Shown: positions 29,404-37,676 of the stretch, piece after piece | Layout of the letters: each line of letters begins with the position of its first letter | How positions within the stretch are numbered: the stretch's first letter is position 1 | Assembly: GCA_964291495.2 (NCBI GenBank) | Contig: OZ219871.1 | Coordinates: 1,408,001-1,472,000 of the forward strand | Reading direction: 5' to 3' | Length of the DNA stretch: 64,000 nucleotides | DNA from: Dehalococcoidia bacterium | GTDB taxonomy: Bacteria; Chloroflexota; Dehalococcoidia; UBA2979 | Made by a program: the position numbers and the translations under genes | The notes under the pieces: generated by a model | The model's database searches: none | What the model saw: the letters and a program-made list of their open reading frames with translations, nothing else | Told to the model about the DNA's origin: nothing

Positions 29404-30477
29404 ATGGGCGACAAGGCCAGCACCGGCAACTACTTCGAGGACCTCGAGACCGGCCTCGAGATCCGCCACGCCGTGCCGCGGACCCTCACCGAGGGCGACG
29501 CCGCGCTCTACATCGCCCTCACGGGCGACCGCTACCCGCTGCACTGCAACGCCGAGTTCGCGCGCGCGCTTGGCTACCCGCGCGAGACGGTCAACGACCT
29601 GCTGGTCTTCCACACGGTGTTCGGCAAGTCCGTGCCCGACGTCTCGCTCAACGCCGTCGCCAACCTCGGCTACGCCGACGTGCGCTTCGGCGTGCCGGTG
29701 CTGCCGGGCGACACGATCAGCTCGGTGACGACCGTGCTCGGCCGCCGCGAGTCGCGCGGCGGCGACACCGGCGTGGTCTGGGTGCGCACCACCGGCTCGA
29801 ACCAGCGCGGCGAAGAGGTGCTGACGCTGATCCGCTGGGTGCTGATGAACAAGCGCGACCCCTCGACGCCGACCGGCGCGAACGACGCGCCCGAGACGCC
29901 CGAAGCCGTCGCCCCCGAGGCGCTGCGCGTGCCGGAGCAGCTCGACCGCGCCGGGTTCTCGCCCGAGGTCAGCGGCGGGCGCGCCTGGTGGGAGGACTAC
30001 GAGCCGGGCGAGCGCATCCACCACGTTGACGGCATGGCGATCGAGGAGGCCGAGCACCAGATCGCGACGCGCATGTACCACAACACCGCGCGCGCGCACT
30101 TCAACGCCTACGCGCTCGCGGACTCGCGCTTCGGCCGCCGCGTGATCTACGGCGGGCACATCATCTCGATCGCGCGGGCGCTCTCCTTCAACGGGCTGGA
30201 GCATGCCCTCGGCATCCTCGCCTTCAACGGCGGCACGCACAGCAACCCGACCTTCGCGGGCGATACGGTCTTCGCCTGGACGGACGTGCTCGAGCGCATC
30301 GACCTCGGCCGCGACGACTGCGGCGCGCTGCGCCTGCGCCTCGTCGGCGTCAAGAACGCCGACCCCGCGAGCGAGGATGTCGAACTGAAGCAGACTTCCG
30401 GGGACGGGCGCGAGCGCTATCACCCGAACGTGGTGCTCGACCTCGACTACACCGTGCTGATGCCGAGGGCGCGGTAA
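29404..30477 (+). CDS. mch: Mesaconyl-C1-CoA hydratase (beta-methylmalyl-CoA dehydratase), double MaoC
   Basis: GNYFED..IRHAVPRT, FHTVFGKSVPDVSLNAVANLGY, YGGHIISIARALSFNGL. Confidence 0.88.
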   Translation: MGDKASTGNYFEDLETGLEIRHAVPRTLTEGDAALYIALTGDRYPLHCNAEFARALGYPRETVNDLLVFHTVFGKSVPDVSLNAVANLGYADVRFGVPVLPGDTISSVTTVLGRRESRGGDTGVVWVRTTGSNQRGEEVLTLIRWVLMNKRDPSTPTGANDAPETPEAVAPEALRVPEQLDRAGFSPEVSGGRAWWEDYEPGERIHHVDGMAIEEAEHQIATRMYHNTARAHFNAYALADSRFGRRVIYGGHIISIARALSFNGLEHALGILAFNGGTHSNPTFAGDTVFAWTDVLERIDLGRDDCGALRLRLVGVKNADPASEDVELKQTSGDGRERYHPNVVLDLDYTVLMPRAR

Positions 30478-30523
30478 GCGGACGAGAGAAGGCGCCGAGG
30501 CGCGCAGCGAACGGAGCAGGCAC

Positions 30524-32182
30524 GTGGCGAGCACCGGAGTGGACATCGACGCCGTCGCCGTCGCGCGCACCCTCGTCGACGCGGCCGGAGCGGCCATCGA
30601 CGCGGCGGTCGCGCACGCGGCCGAGGTCACAGAGGGCGGCGCGCTGATCGACGACCACCAGGTGCACACCGAGCGCATCGCCTACCTCGCCACGCAGGTG
30701 CGCGCGGCGACCGCGCTGGTCGCCTCCAGCGAGGGTCTGCGCGAGGCTGGCGTCCGCGACGAGCAGCAGGAGGACGCCGCCCTCGTCTACGCCGCCGAGG
30801 CGACGCACGTGCTGCGCTCCGCGATCGAGGCCTCTCGCGACGACTTCGGCATTGACGCGGCGGCGGACGCCCTCGATGCGCCCGAGCTGCGCTCGGCGGT
30901 CCGCGCCGGCCTCGACGAGTCGCGCGTGCGCGCGCTGGGGCGGCGCGCGATCGCCTCGCTCGGCGTCAACAACCTCGATCTGCGCGACGACGCGGCGATG
31001 CTCACGCGCGAGACGGCGCGCGAGTTCGCGCGCAACGAGGTCGCCCCGATCGCGCAGGAGATCCACCGCCAGGACCTGCTGGTTCCCGACAGCCTGCTGG
31101 AGCGCTTCTCCTCGCTCGGCTTCTTCGGCGCCTCGATCCCGGAGCAGTACGGCGGCACGGGCATGGGCTACCTGCCGATGGTGGTGATGACCGAGGAGCT
31201 GTCGGCGGCCTCGCTCGGCGCGGCCGGGTCGCTGCACACTCGGCCGGAGATCCTCGCGCACGCGCTGCTGACGGGCGGCACCGAGGCGCAGAAGGACGAG
31301 TGGCTGCCCAAGCTCGCCTCGGGCGAGGTGCTGGTCGCGATCGGCGTGACCGAGCCGGACGTCGGCTCGGACAACGCGAACCTCCAGGCGCGCGCGACCC
31401 CGGCCACCGTCGACGGCGTGCAGGGCTGGCGCCTCAACGGCGCGAAGGCGTGGAGCACCTTCTCCGGCCGCGCCAACGTGATCTCGATGCTCGTGCGCAC
31501 GAACCCGAACCCCGAGGCCGCCGGCCGCGGGCTCTCCGTGCTGATCGTTCCCAAGGACCCGCACTACGGCCACGAGTGGACGCAGACCCAGCCCGAGGGC
31601 GGCTCGATGAGCGCCACCGCCAACCCGACGCCCGGCTACCGCGGCATGCACTCCTTCACCGTCGCGATCGACAATTACTTCGTGCCGCACGCCAACCTCG
31701 TGGGCGAGGACGAGGGGATGGGCCGCGGCTTCGCGCTGCAGATGGGCGGCTTCGCCGTCGGCCGCCTCCAGACCGGCGGGCGCGCCTGTGGCGTCGCCCA
31801 GGCCTCGCTGGAGAAGGCCTGCCAGTACGTCACGCAGCGCGAGCAGTTCGGCAAGCCGATCGGCGAGTACCAGCTCACCCAGTTCCGCATCGGCGAGATG
31901 GTCGCCCGCCTCGCCGCCGCCCGGCAGCTCACCTACGCCGCCGCGCACGACTTCGACTCGCGAGGCCTGCCGGCGCCGATGGCGAAGCTGCTCGCCTGCG
32001 ACGTCGCCGTCGATGTCTCGCAGGCCGCGCAGCAGCTGCACGGCGGCTGGGGCTACTCGGAGGAAGACCCGATCGCCCGCTACGTCTCCGACGCGCTCGT
32101 GCTCCCGATCTTCGAGGGCGTCAAGCCGATCCTCGAGCTGAAGGTCGTCGGCCGCCAGCTGCTCGCGGCCGCCGCGCGATAG
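30524..32182 (+). CDS. mcd: (2S)-methylsuccinyl-CoA dehydrogenase-like acyl-CoA dehydrogenase
   Basis: 552 aa with N-terminal extension; TRPEI...GGTEAQK..WLP..ASGE, GYRGM, IFEG; adjacent to mch. Confidence 0.75.
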   Translation: MASTGVDIDAVAVARTLVDAAGAAIDAAVAHAAEVTEGGALIDDHQVHTERIAYLATQVRAATALVASSEGLREAGVRDEQQEDAALVYAAEATHVLRSAIEASRDDFGIDAAADALDAPELRSAVRAGLDESRVRALGRRAIASLGVNNLDLRDDAAMLTRETAREFARNEVAPIAQEIHRQDLLVPDSLLERFSSLGFFGASIPEQYGGTGMGYLPMVVMTEELSAASLGAAGSLHTRPEILAHALLTGGTEAQKDEWLPKLASGEVLVAIGVTEPDVGSDNANLQARATPATVDGVQGWRLNGAKAWSTFSGRANVISMLVRTNPNPEAAGRGLSVLIVPKDPHYGHEWTQTQPEGGSMSATANPTPGYRGMHSFTVAIDNYFVPHANLVGEDEGMGRGFALQMGGFAVGRLQTGGRACGVAQASLEKACQYVTQREQFGKPIGEYQLTQFRIGEMVARLAAARQLTYAAAHDFDSRGLPAPMAKLLACDVAVDVSQAAQQLHGGWGYSEEDPIARYVSDALVLPIFEGVKPILELKVVGRQLLAAAAR

Positions 32183-32193
32183 CAGGGCCGCCG

Positions 32194-32643
32194 ATGCGGA
32201 TCGCGCTCGCCTCCGACCACGCGGGGTTCCTCTATAAGGAGGCGATCAGCGCCTTCCTCGCGGGCGAGGGGCACGAGGTGGTCGACTTCGGTACGGACTC
32301 CGAGGAGGCGTGCGACTACCCGCTCTTCATCCGCCCGGCGGCGGAGGCCGTCGCCCGCGGCGAGTGCGAGCGCGGCATCGTCCTCGGCGGATCCGGGAAC
32401 GGCGAGGCGATCACCGCGAACCGCGTGGCGGGTGTGCGCTGCGCGCTCTGCTGGAGCGTCGAGTCGGCGGAGCTGGCGCGCCGCCACAACGACGCCAACG
32501 TGATCTCGATCGGCCAGCGCATGATCAGCGAGGAAACCGCCCTCGCGATCGTGCGCGCGTGGCTCGAGGCGCCCTTCGACGGCGGCCGCCACGCCCGCCG
32601 CATCGGTCAGATCGACGCGCCGCCGGGCGGACACTCCTCGTGA
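32194..32643 (+). CDS. rpiB: Ribose-5-phosphate isomerase B
   Basis: ASDHAG, DYP, GGSGNGE, ARRHNDANV, GGRHARR. Confidence 0.95.
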   Translation: MRIALASDHAGFLYKEAISAFLAGEGHEVVDFGTDSEEACDYPLFIRPAAEAVARGECERGIVLGGSGNGEAITANRVAGVRCALCWSVESAELARRHNDANVISIGQRMISEETALAIVRAWLEAPFDGGRHARRIGQIDAPPGGHSS

Positions 32644-32894
32644 GCGCCGAGGCGCAGCCGTGCGCGCACGAGCACGGCGAGGAGTGCGACGCGCTCTACG
32701 TCGAGTGGCGGCGCTACCACGCGGCGGTGATCGACCCGGCAGGCCGCTACTCCCGCCAACAGCAGCTGCTCGCCCGCCACGAGCGCGAGCGCTTCGAGCG
32801 CCAGCTGCGTGCGATCGGCTGCTCCGGCGAGGCGCGGCGGGAGGTGGAGCGCGACGCTGAGATCGCCGAGCACGGCCACCCCACGCTGGCCTGA
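32640..32894 (+). CDS. Small hypothetical protein (84 aa)
   Basis: GTGA overlap with rpiB stop; CAHEHGEEC N-terminus; native codon usage. Confidence 0.65.
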   Translation: MSAEAQPCAHEHGEECDALYVEWRRYHAAVIDPAGRYSRQQQLLARHERERFERQLRAIGCSGEARREVERDAEIAEHGHPTLA

Positions 32895-32907
32895 GCGGGC
32901 CGCCCTC

Positions 32908-33861
32908 GTGTCCGAGCCGCGCAGCCCGCAGATCCCCGGCCCCGGCGAATGGCCGACCTGGACGCTGATCGAGCGCGAGCGGCTGGAGGTGACGCGCGAG
33001 GAACGCCCCTTCCTCGAGGCCGCCGCGGGCCTCGTCACGGAGTTCGGCGAGCTGGCCGCCCTGCTCGTGCGCGCCTGGTCGCCGCCGCCCGCGGGCGCTC
33101 GGGCATCCGCGCGCGACGAGGCGATCCTCTGCGCGCTCGCGGTGCGCATCGTGAAGCTGACGCGCCGCCTCGCGGCCGAGACCTACGAGGGCCGGGCGGA
33201 GCTACAGCTGCTGCTCGACCGTGAGATCTTCGTCTCCACCTCGGCGATGGCCTACCTGCTGCGCGGCAGCGGCGAGCGCTTCGAGGCGTTCGTGCGCGAC
33301 AGCCTGCGCGCCGACCGCGCCGTCTGGGCGCACCTCGACGGCAACCGCGAGCTCCGCGAGGGCGAGGTACTGCCGATGGAGCAGCGCATGCGCGACCGCC
33401 TCGCGCGATCGTTCGAGCTCGCGGGCGTCGGCCCGGAGGAGAGTGCTGAGGCCGAGTCCGGCTGGCCCTCGCTCGACGAGCAGCTGGCGGCGATCGGCGA
33501 GCCGGCCGCGCACCGCATGCACCAGCTTGGCGCGGACAGCATCCACGGCCTCTGGAACGAGCTGCACACGCACCACCTGCGCGCCGGAGGGCCGGACGCG
33601 GGAGGCCTCGAGCCGCGGCTGGAGTGGACGGCGGCGCAGGTGCAGCCGCTCACGGCCGTCGCGATCCAGGCAAGCCGAGTGATGGCGGCCTGGTCGCGCC
33701 GCATCGGCCACGAGGCAGCCGAGGCGTTCCGGGACAAGTTCCTCGATCTCGCGGGGCGCGCCGCGCTCGTCGATCGCTTCCACGAGGAGTACCTCGCGCG
33801 ATCGGCGCGCCCGGGGATGGACGACCTCGCAGCGGGCGGCTCGGAGGGCGCGAGCGGCTGA
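32908..33861 (+). CDS. Hypothetical protein, possibly DUF5677-like
   Basis: Helical protein with R.IF, WP, S.HG.W..L pattern recalled for DUF5677; start uncertain. Confidence 0.6.
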   Translation: MSEPRSPQIPGPGEWPTWTLIERERLEVTREERPFLEAAAGLVTEFGELAALLVRAWSPPPAGARASARDEAILCALAVRIVKLTRRLAAETYEGRAELQLLLDREIFVSTSAMAYLLRGSGERFEAFVRDSLRADRAVWAHLDGNRELREGEVLPMEQRMRDRLARSFELAGVGPEESAEAESGWPSLDEQLAAIGEPAAHRMHQLGADSIHGLWNELHTHHLRAGGPDAGGLEPRLEWTAAQVQPLTAVAIQASRVMAAWSRRIGHEAAEAFRDKFLDLAGRAALVDRFHEEYLARSARPGMDDLAAGGSEGASG

Positions 33862-33868
33862 GCCGCGG

Positions 33869-34375
33869 CTACGCCGGGGGCGTCACCGCGGGCGGCGGCC
33901 GGGTGGCCACGTAGTCCTCGACGTAGAGCAGGTTGTCGCCGGCGCGGCGCACGACCTTGAGGAGGTCGTCCATCGTCGAGACCTCCTCGAGCTGTTCGTC
34001 GACGAACCACTGGAGGAAGCCGCGCGCGAGGTGGTCGCGCTCCTCGATGGCGAGGTCCATGAGGTCGTCGAACGCCTTCGCGACGCGCAGCTCGGCGTCG
34101 AGGGCGAGCTGGACGGCCTCCTCGACGGAGCCGAAGTCGGCTTCGCCCTGCGGCACCGCGGGCACCTCGGCGACGCCGCCTGCCTCGGTGACGTAGTCGA
34201 CGATCTTCTGGGCGTGCATCAGTTCCTCGGCGACCTGGGTGCGGAAGAGGCCGGCGAGCTGGGGCAGCGCCTCGCGGCTGAAGTAGGAGGAGATCATCGT
34301 GTACTGGATGGCGGCCCAGTACTCGTTGGCCAGGTGATCGCTAAGCGCCTTCGCCATCCGTTCGGAGATCAGCAC
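33869..34375 (-). CDS. ftnA: Ferritin
   Basis: NE...Y, EELMHA, FLQWFVDEQLEE ferroxidase residues. Confidence 0.9.
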   Translation of the reverse strand: MLISERMAKALSDHLANEYWAAIQYTMISSYFSREALPQLAGLFRTQVAEELMHAQKIVDYVTEAGGVAEVPAVPQGEADFGSVEEAVQLALDAELRVAKAFDDLMDLAIEERDHLARGFLQWFVDEQLEEVSTMDDLLKVVRRAGDNLLYVEDYVATRPPPAVTPPA

Positions 34376-34456
34376 GGGCGTGGTCCTCTCTGAGTCTGTG
34401 TATCCATTTTACCGCTGCGGGGTGCGGAGGAGGACGTAAGCGTCCTTGACAGGCGC

Positions 34457-34753
34457 TCAGCCCACCGGGAACAGCTCGCGCGCACGGTCCGCGAACTGAG
34501 GTCCCGTCATGGGGCAGCGCACGAGATCGTCGAACTCGTCGGGCGAAAGCCGCGTTGCCTTGAGGAGTGAGCGTTGCACCGGCTTGCTCCAGTTGCGATG
34601 CGCTTTCGGGAGGGTCACATAGAACAGCGCCTCACCGCCCGGCAGGCGATACCAGCCAGTGCGATGCTTGCCTTCGCGGAAGTCGATGTCGAGTTTGCGC
34701 TCGAAGGCGCGATTGAGGTCGCGGGGACTGTAGTCAGGCAGCCGGCGCGACAT
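34457..34753 (-). CDS. HicA-like toxin (divergent)
   Basis: 98 aa; REGKH..W..., VTLPKAH, LLKATRLSPDEF. Confidence 0.6.
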   Translation of the reverse strand: MSRRLPDYSPRDLNRAFERKLDIDFREGKHRTGWYRLPGGEALFYVTLPKAHRNWSKPVQRSLLKATRLSPDEFDDLVRCPMTGPQFADRARELFPVG

Positions 34754-35123
34754 AGGCCTCGATCACCGAGAGCATCCGCCGCGCGTTCCCGGAAAGGTGG
34801 GCGTCGTCGGAGCGCAACTCCGTCCACACCTCCACGATGACTTCTGCCAGGCTCTCGACGGCCTCGCCTTCACTGCGGCCGAGTCCCGTGATTGCGGGCT
34901 CAATCCAGCGAGCGACCACGTCGTCTGCGCTCTCCTCGACGACGATCGGGATCGGGCGGCGCAGTTCCAGCCCCGGGAGCACTGACAACTCCGCCGGATA
35001 GATGGCCTGATCGGCGAGATCACCGACCTGGCGTCCGAGATCCTCGACCGCGCGTGCAAGTTCGGCCAGCCGTTCCTCGACTGGCGTCGTCGGCGTGTTC
35101 GCGACCCGCGTCTCAGTCGTCAC
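34734..35123 (-). CDS. HicB-like antitoxin (divergent)
   Basis: IVVEE...VAR....ITGLGRSEGEAVESLAEVI (G.S..EA..L pattern); overlaps downstream gene; TATGAT and ggagg upstream. Confidence 0.6.
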   Translation of the reverse strand: MTTETRVANTPTTPVEERLAELARAVEDLGRQVGDLADQAIYPAELSVLPGLELRRPIPIVVEESADDVVARWIEPAITGLGRSEGEAVESLAEVIVEVWTELRSDDAHLSGNARRMLSVIEAYVAPAA

Positions 35124-35246
35124 GTTGCGCCTCCAGGGCTGCGTGTCGTGCGCGCACCATGAGGATCATACGCGTTCGGTGGGCGTACCGCGCGGCGTCG
35201 GCAGGGGCAATCGGCCAGTGTCGCGTGATGACCTGGCCCCGTGCGC

Positions 35247-35462
35247 CTACTCCTCGTAGAGCTTGACCACCCGCACGGCGTCGCCGGCGGCCTCGATGCA
35301 GAGGTCGCAGAGCGTGCACTCGTCGAGGTTGGACTCGACGGTCTCGAGGCGCTCGCCGTCGAGGGCGAAGATGTCGACGGGGCAGATCTCGGCGAGGCGG
35401 GTGCGGAGGCCGGCGTCCTGCTGGACGGAGTCGTCGATGTCGACGCGGATGAACATCGCCAT
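35247..35462 (-). CDS. 4Fe-4S ferredoxin
   Basis: CPVDIF and CTLCDLC. Confidence 0.88.
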   Translation of the reverse strand: MAMFIRVDIDDSVQQDAGLRTRLAEICPVDIFALDGERLETVESNLDECTLCDLCIEAAGDAVRVVKLYEE

Positions 35463-35464
35463 GG

Positions 35465-36370
35465 CTATGCCACCCCTTCGATGCGCTCGCGCAGCAGCGC
35501 CGGGATCTCCTCGATGCGCTCGGCGACGGCAATTCCGGCCGCCTCGAGGCGCGCGATCTTATCGGCGGTCGTGTCGGCGCGGCCCTCGACAATCGTGCCG
35601 GCGTGGCCGAAGCGCATGCCCGGCATCTCGTCCATGAAGCGTCCCGCCATGAACGCCACCACCGGCAGGCGCGATCCGTGCTCGGCCATGTGCGCCGCCA
35701 GCTGCGCCTCCATCGGCCCGCCCGGCTCCGAGTAGATCGCGATGCCCTGCGTCTGCTCGTCGGCCTCGAAGAGCGGCATCAGCTCGGCGTAGGTGGAGCC
35801 GATCATCGCGTCCCCGCCGATCGAGACGGCGGTCGAGACGCCGAGGCCAGCCTCGGACAGCGCGTTCGCGATCTCCGTCGTCATGCCGCCCGATCGCGAC
35901 ATCACGCCGACGACGCCGGGGACGAAGGCGCGTCGCGTCGCGTCGGCCGCCCCGCCGATGCCGCCCATCTTCGACTTGCCCGGCGAGATCACGCCCAGGC
36001 AGTTGGGGCCGATGATGCGCGCCCCCTCCTGCGAGGCGTACTCGATGGCGCGCGCGACCTGCGCGCGCGGGATGCGCTCGGTCACGACCACGATCAGCTT
36101 CACGCCCGCCTCGATCGCCTCGAGCACGGCGTCGGCAGCGAAGGCCGGTGGGACGGCGACGATCGAGCCGTCGACGTGCAGCTGCTCGGTGAGCGCACGC
36201 ACGGTGTCCTCGACGGGCACGCCGTGTACATCGCGGCCCTTGCGGCCCGGCGTCACGCCGCCCACGACGCGCGCGCCGTAGTCGAGCAGCTCGCGCGTCA
36301 TCGTCACGGCCTCGCGGCCGGTGATGCCCTGGATGATGAAGGTGCTCTCGGCGTCGATCAGGATCGACAC
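35465..36370 (-). CDS. ADP-forming acyl-CoA synthetase alpha subunit (SucD-like)
   Basis: QGITG, GVTPG, IGPNCLG, SRSGG, GGD, phospho-His GHAG. Confidence 0.9.
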   Translation of the reverse strand: MSILIDAESTFIIQGITGREAVTMTRELLDYGARVVGGVTPGRKGRDVHGVPVEDTVRALTEQLHVDGSIVAVPPAFAADAVLEAIEAGVKLIVVVTERIPRAQVARAIEYASQEGARIIGPNCLGVISPGKSKMGGIGGAADATRRAFVPGVVGVMSRSGGMTTEIANALSEAGLGVSTAVSIGGDAMIGSTYAELMPLFEADEQTQGIAIYSEPGGPMEAQLAAHMAEHGSRLPVVAFMAGRFMDEMPGMRFGHAGTIVEGRADTTADKIARLEAAGIAVAERIEEIPALLRERIEGVA

Positions 36371-36372
36371 GG

Positions 36373-37590
36373 CTAGCCGCCCCCGTTCCCGCCCGCGGCC
36401 TTCTCGACCGCGCGCTGCGCCGCCTCGTGCATCGAGACGGAGCGATCCACGTACTCGACGCCGTAGCGCTCGAGGATCTTGACGCCCTCGTCCTCCCAGG
36501 AGCCGGGGATGCGGAAGATCGCGATCGCCTCGGCGGGGTCGTGCCCGGCCTCGATCACGCCCTTGATCACGCCGCGCGCCATGATGTCGACGCGGGTGTT
36601 GGAGACGACGTTCATCATCACGGCGATCTTCTCGACGCCGGGCTTGGACATCACGAGCTTCGTCAGCGCCGCGGCCTTCGCGACCGAGGGATTGCCGCCG
36701 ATCTCGCAGTAGTTCGCCGGATCGCCGCCCGCACCGCGCACGGCGTCGAAGAGTGTCAGCGAGCCGCCGCCGGCGCCGATGATCAGCCCGAGGTTGCCGC
36801 CGAACTCGACGACGCGGCCGGCGACGCCGCGCGTGTCGGCGGCGTCCACCTGCGCGCCGGCGATCTCGAACTCCGTGGGCGGGCGCGCCTGGCGCGTGTC
36901 CTCCTCGGGGATGCCGAGCTCGGCGAGGAGCCGCGCGTGCGGCCCCCGAGCCTCCTCCTCCATGTCGATGTGCGAGTCGAGGGCGACGAAGGCGCCGCCC
37001 GCGAGGCGGCCGATCGGGTTAATCTCGGCGAGCGTCAGGTCGTAGGCGAGGAAGACCTGCACGAGCGCGCCGACGATGCGGCTCAGCCGGTTGAGTTCGT
37101 TGCCCGTGACTCCGGTACGCGAGACCGCCAGCTTCGCCTCGAAGTCCGAGAACGGGCGCAGGTTGGAGAGGTGCGTGCGCGAGAGGTGCTCCGGGTGCTG
37201 CTCGGCGACCTCCTCGATGTCGATCCCGCCCATGTCGCTGAAGATCACGACGGGACGGCGCACGGCGGCGTCCCAGGTCACGGCGGCGTAGTACTCCTGC
37301 TCGACCTCGCCGCGCTCCTCGACGAGCACGCCCATCGGTTGCAGCCCGTTGATCTCGATGCCGAGGATCGCCTCGGCGGCCTCGGCGGCCTCCTCGGGCG
37401 TGTCGGCGAAGCGCACCCCGCCGGCCTTCATGCGCCCGCCGCTGAGCACCTGCGACTTGAGCACGACGGGCCCGCCGAGGTCGGTCGTGGCTGTGGCGGC
37501 TTCCCCCGGCGTGAGGGCGACGCGGCGCTGCGGCAGCGGCACGCCGTGCCGCGCCAGCAGATCCTTCGCCTCGTGCTCGTAGAAGCGCAT
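36373..37590 (-). CDS. ADP-forming acyl-CoA synthetase beta subunit (atypical SucC/CcsA-like)
   Basis: YEHEAK, KSQVLSGGRMKAGGV, GGIDIEEVA, EINP; lacks NGAGL and NIFGGI. Confidence 0.88.
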   Translation of the reverse strand: MRFYEHEAKDLLARHGVPLPQRRVALTPGEAATATTDLGGPVVLKSQVLSGGRMKAGGVRFADTPEEAAEAAEAILGIEINGLQPMGVLVEERGEVEQEYYAAVTWDAAVRRPVVIFSDMGGIDIEEVAEQHPEHLSRTHLSNLRPFSDFEAKLAVSRTGVTGNELNRLSRIVGALVQVFLAYDLTLAEINPIGRLAGGAFVALDSHIDMEEEARGPHARLLAELGIPEEDTRQARPPTEFEIAGAQVDAADTRGVAGRVVEFGGNLGLIIGAGGGSLTLFDAVRGAGGDPANYCEIGGNPSVAKAAALTKLVMSKPGVEKIAVMMNVVSNTRVDIMARGVIKGVIEAGHDPAEAIAIFRIPGSWEDEGVKILERYGVEYVDRSVSMHEAAQRAVEKAAGGNGGG

Positions 37591-37676
37591 CGCTCGCCCT
37601 CGCCTCCGCGCGCACTATGCCACGGCGCGGGCTACGGGGGCAGGGGGCGATGCGCGCGCGTATCATCCCTCGGGAG

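Noticed and set aside
34431-34446. aggacg-taag-cgtcct palindrome beside TTGACA
   Set aside because: 6-bp stem; cannot distinguish terminator, operator or chance.
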